Source of the DNA: Octopus vulgaris
Lineage: Eukaryota
Direction: 5' to 3'
DNA: 64,000 nt
Assembly (NCBI GenBank): GCA_951406725.2
Contig: OX597820.1
Coordinates: 100,502,001 to 100,566,000 of the forward strand
Made by a program: the position numbers and the translations under genes. Positions 1-12,600 of the stretch are shown one piece after another (the first letter of the stretch is position 1; each line of letters opens with the position of its first letter). The notes beneath the pieces are model-generated. The model was given only the letters and a program-made list of their open reading frames with translations. It was not told the origin of the DNA and searched no databases.

Positions 1-170
1 ACAAAGCAAATTATTACAGTGATGGAGGGGATGCAAACACAGACACACAAACACACACATATATATACATATATAAATAAATATATATATATATATACAT
101 AAAAGTATATATATACATACATATATATGTACATGCTGTATATATATGTATATATATATATACATATATA

Positions 171-356
171 GGGGGAGAATTCACAAAAAACAAAGGACAA
201 AGACAGGTGGTGTAGACAACAAACAAATGTATTAACTAAATGCTCGGGAAATGAAAAAGTCTTTAACATTTCGAGCCTACGCACTTCCACTGAAAGGAAC
301 ATAGAAAGAATCAAGGAGAGAAAATAAAGAATGTGTAGTGGCTAGCGATTTAGCAT
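171..356 (-). mobile_element. Penelope pLTR-like mini-insert in (TA)n with a degenerate minimal hammerhead at 259-297
   Basis: Flanked by TA repeats. Minus strand reads CTTT-CAGTGGA-A-GtGC gtag GCTC-GAAA-TG-T-T-AAAG. Confidence 0.5.
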
Positions 357-384
357 GTATATATATACATATATATATATGTGC

Positions 385-423
<39 letters not shown>

Positions 424-626
424 ATCCAAACATGAACAAAGAGAAAACACGTGAGGATGTGGAACAAGTATAGTGTTATTGGACGCTCAGGAGAGGGAAG
501 AAAGAAGGAGATCTTCCTCAGAGATATAGAAAAAAGAAAAGGTCCAAAGAAAGGAAAAGAAAGAAAATCACCAATGATACTGGCCAATATATATATACAT
601 TTATATATGTGTATACATATATATTC

Positions 627-670
<44 letters not shown>

Positions 671-972
671 GATGTACTTGCATAGCAAGTAATTTGATCT
701 GAGATCGTGTGCTGAAACGAAAACAATTGCAGCAAGTAATTTATATATACATGTATATACTCGCTAAAATCCGCAATATGTTCACTGACAAAAATTCTAG
801 CATGGATTTTTGTCAGTAAAATATATACCAATATATAACTTAAATGTTATATTAAATGGCTTATAAACACCTTCCATCATTGTTATATATATATATATAT
901 CTTTATATATATATATATATATATATATAACAAACATTACATGACATGTATGCAGAGGGAATATATATATAT

Positions 973-1220
973 GCCCCTCTGGTGAATCTCTGACATGTCA
1001 TGTAATGTTATGGATTGGCCCTGCCCCTCTGGCTAATCTGACATGTCACATAATGTTATGGATTGGGTCTACCCCTCTGGCTAATCTGACATGTCATGTA
1101 ATGTTATGAGTTGAATCTACCGCTTTAGCGAATCTGACATGTCATGTAATGTTATGGATTGGGTCTGCCCCTCTGACTAATCTGACATGTCATGTAATGT
1201 TATGGATGGCCCTGCCCTGG
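973..1220. repeat. Minisatellite, 5 x ~48 bp with palindromic TGACATGTCA core; inverted partial unit at 926-959
   Basis: Unit gcccctctggctaatctgacatgtcatgtaatgttatggattgggtct read directly. Confidence 0.9.
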
Positions 1221-1239
1221 CAAATCCCCCCCGACATGT

Positions 1240-2201
1240 TGTGTCTCTTAGGCATTGAACTGATGAGCTTTGTGGAACTTCTGCCCACTTTTCATTCAAC
1301 AATCAAAAGAATTCACCTTTAGCTTTAGGTTTCTGTTGAGTTTTTCGTATAGCTCTATCTCATATACTCCATAGATTTTCAATTGGGTTCATGTCAAGAG
1401 ATTGGCTGGGCCAAGTAAGCTTTTTCATCTCATTTTCAGTCAGCCATTGTTGATTCCTTTTCGCTGTATGGCATGGAGCCCCATCTTCCATGAATAAAAA
1501 CTCATTTTTCGTTATGTTATTATGTGAATACATCGGAAGTAGTCGTTGCTTAAGTATTTCGATGTATTTTGCAGAGTTTATGGTTCCAATACATTCAATC
1601 AGCTTAAAACGACCATTGCTGGTGACAGCTCCCCATACCATTACAGAGATACCGCCATGTTTCACAGTTGGTTGGAGTTGTTTCAAATCAAATTCTTGAT
1701 TGGGAAGCCTCCTGATCCAAACACGTCTACTGTCTGAAAATAATGCAAATCTGGGTTCATCTGAGAAAATCACGCTATCCTAAAATGAACTGGATTTCTC
1801 TGACATCTCCTCATTTCTTTCTTTTCATGATATTAATTGGTTGAAAGAGAGGTTTTCTTCTAGCGGCTTTTCCATAATATCTAAGCTTATGCAGATATGT
1901 AACACATGTTCTTGGACTAACTTCTAGCTGTTTTGCAATATCAGAAACCTTTGAACGGGGTTCGTTTTTCACAATTCTCTTCAAACAGTGACGCTTCCTT
2001 TCCAAGTCCCAGGTCAGCTGGGATGAGAATTTGTTGATTCTTTCCTTGGCTTTGGAATTGCACTATAATTCTATTTACAGTAGCAAAAGGAATTTGAAGA
2101 TTTTCGGCAATTTTTCGCTGGCAAAGACCAGCCTCAGATTGCCCAACAATACGACCTCTTTGAAAATCTGACAGTTCTGCTGAATTTTTTGTGCATGGCA
2201 T
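1240..2201 (-). mobile_element. Tc1-family (DD34E) transposase pseudogene
   Basis: Three frameshifted ORF pieces: [12 protein letters not shown] (HTH); RRKPL; IFSDE...PTVKHGGISVMVWG...EDGAPCH-(34 aa)-NPIENLW. Confidence 0.92.
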
Positions 2202-2259
2202 GGTTACTCTTTGCAAATGTTTAATATAATGGCACCTGGAATGAAAAAGAATAATTACA

Positions 2260-2465
2260 TTGTATGTTTGTCTGTCTGTGTTTGTCCCCCACCATCGATT
2301 AACAACTGATGTTGGTGTGTTTATGTTTTCCATACATTTGCAGTTCGGCAAGGGAGACCGATGGAATGAGTACTAGGCTTACAAAGAATAAGTCCTGGGG
2401 TTGATTTGTTCGACTAAAAGAATGGCTACAGTCAAATGACTGAAACAAGTAAAAGAATAAAAGAA
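2260..2465 (+). mobile_element. 3' half of SINE family A
   Basis: Matches 40150-40388; ends tgactgaaacaagtaaaagaataaaag. Confidence 0.75.
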
Positions 2466-2475
2466 CATATATACA

Positions 2476-2697
2476 CAGGAGGTATTGAAAAGTTCCTGAC
2501 TTTAAGGGTATCATGAAAAGTGTGGTTGGAGTCCCAACCTTCTGAGTTCTTTTACAGGGATTAGAAAAATTGAAGGGTCACTGCAATAAGCATGCAAGTC
2601 TGAGAATGGAATATGCTGAATAAAATCTTAAGTAACTGATCCACCTATATTTTCTTTTACTCAAAGCCAAGAACTTTTCAACCCCACCCACCTCGTA
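2476..2697 (+). mobile_element. Non-autonomous mariner-derived element (MITE)
   Basis: Imperfect TIRs tgaaaagttcctgacttt / aaagccaagaacttttca; remnant of a mariner-like C-terminus (gaatatgctgaataa); ends in TA. Confidence 0.6.
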
Positions 2698-2725
<28 letters not shown>

Positions 2726-2728
<3 letters not shown>

Positions 2729-3255
2729 TGGGTTGTCCGGAAAGTAGTAGCTTACGTTTCGACTTATTTTAGAAACATGGTTGAGTCCATAAAATAGGAT
2801 TTGACTACACCTCCATATAGAGCACAGTTTAAGCTATCTTTTCGTGGAAGATTTATGTTCCTATAACCTGTGTTAATTCTGTAACCCGTTAAAATGGAAT
2901 ATAAGAAAGTTCATTTTTGGCATTTGATGCTTTGGGAACCAGACAAAAATTGCTGCACCCTCCATATTCACCAGATATTGCTCCTTCGAATTTCCACTTA
3001 TTCAGGTCTCTGCAGAATAGTCTTAATGGTAAAAATTTCAATTCCTTGGATGAAGTAAAAAGATACCTTGATGAATTTGTTGCCATGAAACCACCTCATT
3101 TCTGGGAAGAGGGTATTTTCAAGTTAAAGGAAAGATGGAGACGTATTGTGCTACAAAATGGTTCATATTTGGTTGATTAAAAATGTAATGGCAAGTATTT
3201 ATTGACCTTTTTCTTTCCTTTAAAAATCGGCATGAACTTTCTGGACAACCCAATA
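2726..3255 (+). mobile_element. Internally deleted mariner element (mellifera-like)
   Basis: TIRs tattgggttgtccggaaagt / actttctggacaacccaata with TA ends. ORF 2917-3180 contains HPPYSPDIAPSNFHLFRSLQNSL...GIFKLKERW. Confidence 0.92.
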
Positions 3256-3586
3256 TATTTCGTTTTTAGATTTGGTTTGCAAGATTCTTTATGTGAGTTT
3301 GTGTGTTGAAGCATATACTGTTGTGTCTGGGGAGAGTCATTCTCTTTTGGTGCCTTGTGGTTTAACACACTCACCGCTGGAGTTTCCACTTGTTTCTTTT
3401 TAATTTTCTAAAATTTTTGTTGTGTCTTGCAACCTTTACAATAGTTTTGACTTTCAAAACTATTGAAAGGGTTGCGGGAAACAGTAGGAGTTTTGGAGGA
3501 ATAGCGGGGAAATGGGTGGAAGTTTTACTGGTGAGTGTGTTGAGTTGTAGGGTGCCAGAAGAGAGTGACTCTCCCTAGATACAACA

Positions 3587-3587
<1 letters not shown>
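3256..3587. mobile_element. Fold-back Penelope pLTR-like element, same family as 31560-32000
   Basis: ggggagagtcattctc is inverted as gagagtgactctccc; central hairpin at ~3429-3475; (TA)n on the right; degenerate hammerhead-like motif at ~3408-3444 (minus). Confidence 0.6.
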
Positions 3588-3643
<56 letters not shown>

Positions 3644-3761
3644 TATATATATCTATATATATAAAAAATCACAATAAGGGGGAAAAAATTGAATATTAAT
3701 TAATAATACCAATTTAAAACACCAAGTGGCCTAGCGTGATAAAACTGTGATACTTATTACT

Positions 3762-3835
<74 letters not shown>

Positions 3836-5013
3836 AAACAACTTCCGCCACTTTCCAGGGAGAAAAACTAGAAGTAGTTGATAGCTTCCGTTACCTTGCG
3901 GTTGATGGTGCGTTGAAAGTGTAGCTGCTAGAATAAGAACAACCTGGGCAAAGTTCAGAGAGCTCTTACCTCTGCTGGTGACAAAGGGCCTCTCACTCAG
4001 AGTAAAAGGTAGACTGAATGACGCATGTGTACGAAAAGCCATGCTACATGGCAGTGAAACATGGGACATGACTTCTGAGGACATGCGTAAGCTTGCAATG
4101 AATGAAGCCAGTATGCTATGCTGGATGTGTAATGTCAGTGTGCATACACGACAGAGTGTAAGCACCCTGAGAGAAAATTTAATTTAAGAAGCATCAGATG
4201 TGGTGTGCAAGAGAGACGACTGTGCTGGTATGGTCATGTGTTGCGAATGAATGAGGACAGCTGTGTGAAAAAGTGTCACACCCTAGCAGTTGAAGGAACC
4301 TGTAGAAGAGGTAGACCCAGGAAGACCTGGGATGAAGTGATGAAGCATGACCTTTGAACATTAGGCCTCACCGAGGCAATGACTAGTGACCGAGACTTTT
4401 GGAAATATGCTGTGCTTGAGAAGACCCGGCCAGCCTATGCCAGGGGTGTAATCAGCCCACTTATGCATACCTTTCCTTCATTGGACACTAAACTCTGCTT
4501 GTGAAGACCTGTTGAGGCAAGTGAAATCAAAATCGAAATCAAATTCGATAACTGGCATCCTTGCTAGTTGAGTGCTAAGAGCACCATCTGAGCGTGATCA
4601 TTGCCAAAGCGGCTAACTGGCTTTGATGCTGGTGGCACATAAAAAGCACCATTTGAGCATGATTGTTACCAGCGTTGCCTTACTGGCACTTGTGCCGGTG
4701 GCACCTGAAAAGCTTTCAAGTGAGGTCGTTGCCAGTGCCACTGGATTGGCTCCTATGCAGGTGGCACATAAAAAAATACCATTTGAGCGTGGCCATTGCC
4801 AGTACTGCTTGACTGGCCCTTGTGCTGGTGGCAAGTAAAAGCACCCACTACATTCACGGAGTGGTTGGCGTTCGGAAAGGCATCCAGCTGTAGAAACACT
4901 GCCAGATTAAGATTGGAGCCTGGTGCAGCCATCTGGTTCGCCAATCCTCAGTCAAATCGTCCAACCCATGGTAGCATGGAAAGCGGATGTTAAACGATGA
5001 TGATGATGATGAT
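3836..5013 (+). mobile_element. 5'-truncated RTE-clade LINE: ORF end plus long 3'UTR with tandem units and (GAT)n tail
   Basis: Translates to LEVVDSFRYL...WAKFRELLPLL...KAMLHGSETW...RRLCWYGHVLRM...RGRPRKTWDEV. 3' end is gtccaacccatggtagcatggaaagcggatgttaaac(gat)n. Confidence 0.9.
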
Positions 5014-5799
5014 CAGATATATATATATGTATACATATATGTGGATGTATATGCACTTTCAAAGGGGCTCTGTCTCATGTTATAAAACCCAATAAGGGTG
5101 GTTAAATAATATTGTATGGTGAAATTTTGGAAATCGTCTTTATTTAGTATCTAGTAATTATGTTGTTATTTTCATTGAAATCAGAGGTATTTGAAATTTC
5201 ACAGGGGGGTGTTTGCCCCCCTTTAAGCCCCCCTAATCACAATAGAAGGTAAAAGTTTACATGAGAACACACTTTATTTTTATGTATTTTCTATTCCTTT
5301 TCGTCCTATAGATGTACAGACACACAAACGTTGAGCTTATTATGTAGATTAAAAGTAAAATGCATTGTGTATGCTCAACTCCAAGACAATAAATAGTTGA
5401 AACTTCTGATAGGTCAGCAATGGGGATTTTTTATTGGTTATCATTCCATAACTTTAAATACTTGTAACTTTTTTATTATTAATTTTTAGCGGGGAAAAAT
5501 GAATGCCATTTTTGTCATCACCATGCAAAGCTATATCAAACTACATTTTTTGAAAATAATGTGGTGAAAACTTGAAATATTTTAAATGGTTGAAATAAAT
5601 TTATCAAGGTGGTGTCCCAGCATGGCCATAGTCACATGACTAAAACATGAAAAAGAATAAAATCTATAAAATGAGCTAATGGAGATAATTAAATTAAACC
5701 AATGGTATTTATTTGGATTATAAAGTTAAAGGGCGATATTCTGAATGTTATACATAATATATTGTTAATTCCTTGAAATTACCCTCTTTGTAAAAGAAA

Positions 5800-6950
5800 G
5801 AAAACAAACAGCAGAAATTATTAGCAACCCTTGAAGGAAAAAGCGAGACAACTTCAAGAATTTGGGAATTAATCTATCATGTTTGATATTTGCGGGTAAG
5901 AGATGACTTTTGACTAAATCTTTATAATGAGATAGCCGGTAAAAGACACAGGTTAATATTTTGGTATCAAGTGCAGTGACATTGTTTTCAATGAATTTCA
6001 CAAGGACAAAAGACTACAGGTGAGTGACATAGAAGAGCATGTGACCAATACCATTGTGGCAGTGATGTAGAAGAGAGGCGTCAGGTGTTGGAGAAGATAA
6101 TTGTCAATGGCTGCTTCTATCACCTTAAACATGTTGGAATGAGTGTGATTGGTTGATAGTTAACAGGATTAGTGAAGTTGTCATCTGGGGAATGGAACAC
6201 ATTGTAGCCTATTTTTAAAGCTTGAGATGATCCCCTATAGGGAATGGTTAAAGAGTTTGACAAAGATAATGGGAGGCTCTGAAGCATGGTATTTAAGGCA
6301 ATAAGATAGCAGAAACGTTAGCACGCTGGGCGAAATGCGTAGCTGTATTTCGTCTGCTGTTATGTTCTGAGTTCAAATTCCGCCGAGGTCGACTTTGCCT
6401 TTCATCCTTTCGGGGTCAATAAATTAAGTACCAGTTACTCACTGGGGTTGATATAATCAACTTAATCCATTTGTCTGTCCTTGTTTGTCCACTCTGTGTT
6501 TAGCCCTTGTGGGTAGTAAAGAAACAGGTATTTAAGGTTATAAAAGGGATAGTGTAAGGGTTAGTGGCTTTATTGGTTTGAAGTGATCAAAAGTCTGAAA
6601 AGACTTGACAATGTATGCAAACATAGTAGTGAGACTCGTGTAGTAAAAAGAGAAAGTTACGATGGTCTAGTCAAACGTGTATTGTGGACATGGATGCACA
6701 ACATGTAGTATAATTGGAAGTCTTCTCTGTGGGAATGATGATTATGAAACCATCATAGGTGGAAGTGTTCAGAGGACGACAGAGACAGCAGATTAATTCA
6801 AAGAGGTGAAGAAATTTCTTGTTGCTACTACCCAGTGAGAGAAATAAATAACAAAGAGAGTGGATTGTACAAAAGAGCAGATATGGTGTTACCGACATAG
6901 TACAGTAAACCACCACATGTTAGTATGTAGCATTCCCATCCATCATAAGG
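5800..6950 (-). mobile_element. Degenerate CR1/Jockey-group LINE reverse transcriptase, split by a SINE
   Basis: Minus translation NKATNPYTIP..LKYHASE..IFVKLFNHSL...NPVNYQPITLIP..FKVIEAAI..YLLQHL...VTALDTK resembles KA.GPD.IP..LK......LF..SL...NYRPISL..SKV.E...ALD.SKAFD. Confidence 0.7.
6299..6526 (+). mobile_element. tRNA-derived SINE family B (Deu/Nin-like core) with 11-bp TSD
   Basis: Box-B-like gagttcaaattcc; core gactttgcctttcatcctttcggggtcaataaattaagtacc; ggtatttaagg at 6288-6298 and 6527-6537. Confidence 0.85.
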
Positions 6951-7884
6951 AGAGATATAAACACATCGTACCAACCAGAACCATCCTTAACTAATTTTAG
7001 CATAATCAACAACTGAATAAGAGGAGATAAATCTCCACTCAACACACTCACTATTGTCTTTATGAAAGGACTTGTAAGTTTTATCATATATTTTAAGACA
7101 TGTCTTAAGATAAAGTTAAGATGAACACAGCTATTAATGAATTATCTAAAAGTCTTTTGGAACAGAAATCAGCTGGTTGAAGGTATTAAGTCAACTAACT
7201 GGTTGCATCATCTTAATGTTCCAAACATTACTGTGTATGTGAGATAAAGTATAAAATCCCAGAGAGAAGTACACTTTCTGTGGGCCAAGAAAACACTTGC
7301 AAATGATTTATTGGCCTGTAATGCTGAACTCTGAGATGCTGCAAACACAATAACAGTAATCTGTTTACATGATGCTCTTTTAGAATGCTTAGAATTTCTT
7401 TAACTTATACCAACTATGAACTACTTTCAAAAATTAGAATAAAAGTAATTGGTTTTAACAATAACTCCAAAATATACCAGTTAAGAAGCAAAATGTTAGC
7501 TTAAACTGTCTAACTCATGAGGTATTTCATATTGCATTTCTGATTTTATTTATTTTTTTTAATCATAGTTGATTTATTTGAACATCCTTGTTATGCTGTG
7601 TAATGGTGTCAGTGACAAAGTCACAGTTTCAAGTGAAGAACATTTTGACACCATATTGCAAATATAAATGTTTAAGTGAAGTTAACAATCTTTGGCTAAC
7701 ATGTGTCTTCCACACTGCAGTTGTTTTAGCTTCAATGCACAGTCTCAGATCGAATCACTTCCCTAGCAAGTGATTTGAGCTGGGACTGTGCATCTCTGTA
7801 ATCCCAATTATGGCAGAGGGTTAACAGCCTGTAAAGAAATGTTCAATTATCTATTACCAAATGATGAGTCTTAACCACAGTTGA

Positions 7885-8108
7885 TTAACCTTTTAGCATT
7901 CAGATTACTATATCTAATGCAATGTTTTTTTATTCACATTGTTTTGGATTAATCATGCATTATCTCACTGAGATTTTGATAATGTGATAACTTACCTTCT
8001 TGAATGTTATTTTAGGGTAGGTGTGAGAGGCCAGACCCAGTCAGTTTGAACATAGAACAAGTAAAATATTTGGATTGGATATGGCTTGTTTAAATGTTAA
8101 AGGATTAA
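7885..8108. mobile_element. piggyBac-like MITE (TTAA-flanked)
   Basis: TTAAccttttagcatt ... aatgttaaaggaTTAA; homologous to three other copies in the window. Confidence 0.75.
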
Positions 8109-9177
8109 GTTAGGTTTAATTTCACAAAAAGAATATCAAAGAAAGCAATAGGTTTTCACAACACATTTTATTGAAACTTTCATTTCTAATTATATTTTAA
8201 ATACAAAAAAAAAAAGACATTAAAAATTGTTAGTATTATTAGTTGAATTACAAAGCTTTACAAATTTTGAATAAAAATATAACATCTTCAATTATCCTCA
8301 ATGTCTTCTTTTTACTGTGGATTGCAGTAAAGTGAGAGATGAAACCAGTGGACACACTTCAATTTTTTTGTTTCACCAATAAAAAAAAAAAGACGTTCAT
8401 CTTTTATTAGCATTTAGATGCTAATTATAAAATTATCACATTAGTACTTTAAATGAGAATATTAATAATAATAAAATTATATTTATTCATTATCTAGAGT
8501 TTATAATATAAAAGAAATCCATAACTTTAGCTTATATGTTTCAAGCTACTCCAATAGTAGAATCCAAAGTTATCTTTAAAAAGAATTTAAAAGACAATAT
8601 TTGTTTCTCAGTGATTATTTATTTTGATATTATTGATACTAATTTTAATTTCTGTTGGCTAGTCAGAGAGTCAGTTTGTGTATATATGGAGGATATAGTC
8701 AGCATGTTTCTAGTGTTTATGTTGTTAAACCTAGCAGGCTAAAAGCAGAATTTTAACTGAGGCTGTAAAGAGAGTAAAGACTAAAGTCTTAATCACTTTT
8801 TGCTAATCTACTGCCCTAATTATCTCACAATAATCTTCTAATAATCAAACGATTGAATGAAATAAACAAATATTTAAAAAAAATATATATATACTTTCAT
8901 ATTCATATATATATACTTCCATATTTATAAAATTTAATGTAATATTTTGATGTAATAGCTGTTGGTGAAAAGTTAAGTTTTTCTAAAATTGAGCAATGAA
9001 CTTAAAATATTCACCAAAGAAAGAAAAAACAGAGGGAAGTTAAGGGTGAAGTGCAGTTTTATGGTATCAAAACATTATTTAATTATTAAAAAAAATGTAT
9101 AGTTCATATACAACATAATATTTGTAAATTTCCTCAGTTAAATATTTCTGAATATAGTGTATAGGTGAAATTCTCAA

Positions 9178-9393
9178 TTAACCTTTCAGAATTCAGATTA
9201 CTTAGTCAAACGTAATGCTTATTTATTCACATTTGAAATAATCATGCATTCTTGTAGGTTTGAGATTTTGATGATATGATTGTTTATTTTAAAAATGACA
9301 TTACTGGGTAGGTGTGAGAAGCTTGATCTGGCTGGTTTGAACATAAAACAAGTAGGACATTTAGGCCAGATATGACTGATTTAAATGTTAAAG
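9178..9393. mobile_element. piggyBac-like MITE, copy 2
   Basis: Shares aatcatgcatt, gagattttgatga, ggtaggtgtgaga and ttgaacata with 7885-8108. Confidence 0.7.
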
Positions 9394-10765
9394 CTCTTTT
9401 TTGTTGAATTATGTCAGTATATGTTTCCACATTGATTATGAACCCAAATGGAGATGTTAATGCATATCTACATTATATTTAACAAGTTCTTTAAGCCATT
9501 TCACATATCTAGACTCTAACTACAAACATTTAATGTTTTTTGTAAAAAAAAAAGTACTTTCTATAGAAGAGAACTTGTCTTTTTTTTAACATCATTGCAT
9601 GTTTTTTTTTAGTTGTTTACACTATAATATATTATCTAACAACTATTGTTTAACCAACAGACAAACTAGCATAAATGTCACACAGTCTTCTTCCAATGAA
9701 CAACCTATCACAATATATGGTGGAACCCAAAATAAATACATTGTCTGTTTCCTTCACAAAACAAATCACCATCATACTAGTCTATAGAAAACTATTGCTT
9801 ATTAACTAATAGACTCATCCTTTCTCTGATGACTATTTGGGATCAAAACACAAGTTACCGAGAGCATCTAATCACAAAGCAAATTATTACAATTGTTAAT
9901 CTACCCAGATTCTCATCAGTGAAAGGTTTAATTAATTTACTTAGTAAAAACCATGAAGTGTTTTACTCTCAATGCAGGCCAATGGATGCATTATTTGCTC
10001 ATTACCAAATATCTAAAACTGACTTGCATAAGAGAGGTTATACTGCTTTAAGAAAAAGTATGGCAGGTTACAGATGATTTAAAAAAAATTAATATTATAT
10101 ATATTTTTAATTATTGAAATTTCTAATGAAGAATAATAAAAATGGGATAGATGGGAAGCTTTCAATTTTGAGTCTTGATTCTGCATTCACACACACATAT
10201 ATAATACCTTCCTTCTTACTTTAATATTTTTGACATGTAACCCATGACGTTTATCTATTTATTGTAAATAATCACTAATTTGTCGGACAGGCATGACATC
10301 AATCTGAGAAAGGAAGGCAACATAATCAATTGAATAGCTCCCATTATATTGCTGTTGGTTAGTTTAGTAACTCTGGATGGATGAAAAACAAACTCAATCC
10401 CCGTGAGATATGAATTTGGAACCAAAAGAAACAAAACTAAAAAGTTTAAGGCATTTTATCTGGTACTCAACTGTCATGGGCCTTTTTTTTACTACCCTTT
10501 TTGAAGTGAATGTTACAGCTAAATTTACATCATAAGCTGTTGTGTAGTTGTATGTTGTGCAAGTTTAGTCTAAAAGTTTGTCTTTTATAATCATGTATTC
10601 TCAACAGGAAATTAGTGAAGGGAAACATTACTCAATGAAATTCACCTGAAATGTTCAAATGAGAAACTCAGTCATCAATAACAAATGACATTTTAAAACA
10701 TTTCTTTTGCAATTGTTTTTTCATTTGATTTTTGGAAATACTGGGCAGTTTTTTTTTTTGTCTTT

Positions 10766-10978
10766 TTAACCCTTTAATATTCACATTATTCTGTTGAAAG
10801 TAAACCAAATCTATTCACTTAGCTTTGAATTAATCATGCTTTATCTTGTAGCTTTGAGATTTTGATGAGGTAACTATTAATTTTTAGAATGATATTGCAG
10901 TGCTGGTGTGATAGGCTAGATCTGGACAACTTGAACATGAAACAAGTTGAATATTTTGGCCCGATATGGCTGGTTTAA
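10766..10978. mobile_element. piggyBac-like MITE, copy 3
   Basis: Starts TTAACCCTTTA; same internal blocks. Confidence 0.7.
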
Positions 10979-11848
10979 CTCCATTTCTAATGTCAAAATT
11001 TCAACAAGGAGGGGAAGGGGGACAGTGATTATTGAACTGTGCAAAATGAAACAAAGTAACAAAACTGTTGTTTGAACCAAAATCTTAAATGGTTAGGTCA
11101 ATCAATGTAACACTCAGTCACTGCAATTATATTGGAGTCTTTATTGATATGATTTCAGAATCAGAAAAAGTGGGTGCCATTGCAGAGGTGGTTTAGTTCT
11201 AACAAAACCAAATTTATGACCCAGGATCATTTTTTGGCTGTAGTTACTTTACTTACTCCACTGAGCATTTATAAAAAAAATGAAAGACAAAGAACATATA
11301 TTATGATTTCACTTACATATAGTGGTCCAACCCATGCCAGCATGGAAACCAGATGTTAAATGATGATGACAGTGATACTAATAACCTGTTGTTAGAATTC
11401 AACATGCATATGCTTCAGAATAAAGTGTTAGAAAAGTACAGAATATAATATGAAATTAATGGAAAGGCAAGAGAACAGGAATGATATAATGTAGCAGAAA
11501 CAGCTATTGAAGTTGATTATATAATTCCTGTTCCCTAGTCATTCCATGAATTTCATGTGTGTGTGTGTGTGCATACATAAATACACACATATACTTATAT
11601 ATATTCATATGCATACTTACATACACACACATACACATATACATACACACACACACGTGTGTGTGTGTGTATTATGTTTTTATGTATTATACTATAACAA
11701 TACTTATAGTATAATACATAAGAATATCATCATCTTCATCATCATTTAACATAATAAGAAATACATAAGAACAGACACTATGAAACAATATTATTAACAT
11801 AATAGTGTTGCATAACGTACATAATCACATTCTGTTCATCTAGACAAC

Positions 11849-12057
11849 CAGTGGTTCTCAACCATTTTATACCAATGGGTCCTTTTCATTTCTATATTAC
11901 TTGGTCAGAGGGACCCCACAGCCATATGTGTAAAAACTTCTATTATATTTTTATTATTAAATATTATTAGAATTGTATAAAAAATTGTTTAAATATTATG
12001 TGTATTACACATATTTTAACAACAAAATCTTACATAGATTCTGCTTGAGAACCACTG
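11849..12057. mobile_element. hAT-Charlie-type MITE
   Basis: TIRs CAGTGGTTCTCAA / TTGAGAACCACTG. Flanks atctagac (3-nt offset) and atctaaac fit the NTCTARAN Charlie target. Confidence 0.8.
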
Positions 12058-12264
12058 ATCTAAACTATCATCTCTTCTGAAATGTCACTGAAATGCTAAT
12101 GCAATTAATAATTTGTTTTTTTAATAATTTAATTTTTGAAGAGTAACAAAATCAACATATTTTAAGTTTTGGTTTTTGAGAAATTAAAACTAAAACACAT
12201 CTAAACTATTTCTTATTGAATTCTGTATTTGAATTTGATTTAGTGGAGCAAGATATTCTAAAAG

Positions 12265-12600
12265 TATAGTAGTGATAGTAAGAGTAGATTAAAGAAAATT
12301 CAGAGAGCTATTACCTCTGATGGTAACAAAAAGGTTTCTCTTACAGAGTGAAAGACAGATTGTATGATGTCTGAGTATGAACTTCAATGCTTTGAAGCCT
12401 TCTAGACTTGAAGAGTCTAGAAAAAAACAGTTTTAAAAAAACGAAGCTAGCATACTCCATCGGATGTGCAACACCAGTGTGCATGAATAATGAAGTACAA
12501 ATATGTTAAGAGAAAAAAATGGGCATAAGAGGAATCAAGTGTAGTGTACAAGAGAGAAGAATGCATTGGTATGTGAATGTGACATACATGAATGACTGGT
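12265..12600 (+). mobile_element. Older fragment of the same RTE LINE as 3836
   Basis: aaattcagagagctattacctctgatggtaacaaa aligns with aagttcagagagctcttacctctgctggtgacaaa; also caagagagaaga...ttggtatg. Confidence 0.75.

Noticed and set aside
973-1220. CRISPR-like appearance of the 48-bp array, the 18.7-kb array and the RTE 3'UTR units
   Set aside because: Linkers are homologous to each other rather than unique spacers; no cas genes; eukaryotic context.
5060-5350. Helitron-like non-autonomous element ending cagacacacaaacgttgagcttattatgtagat
   Set aside because: Only a vague terminal resemblance; single copy in the window.
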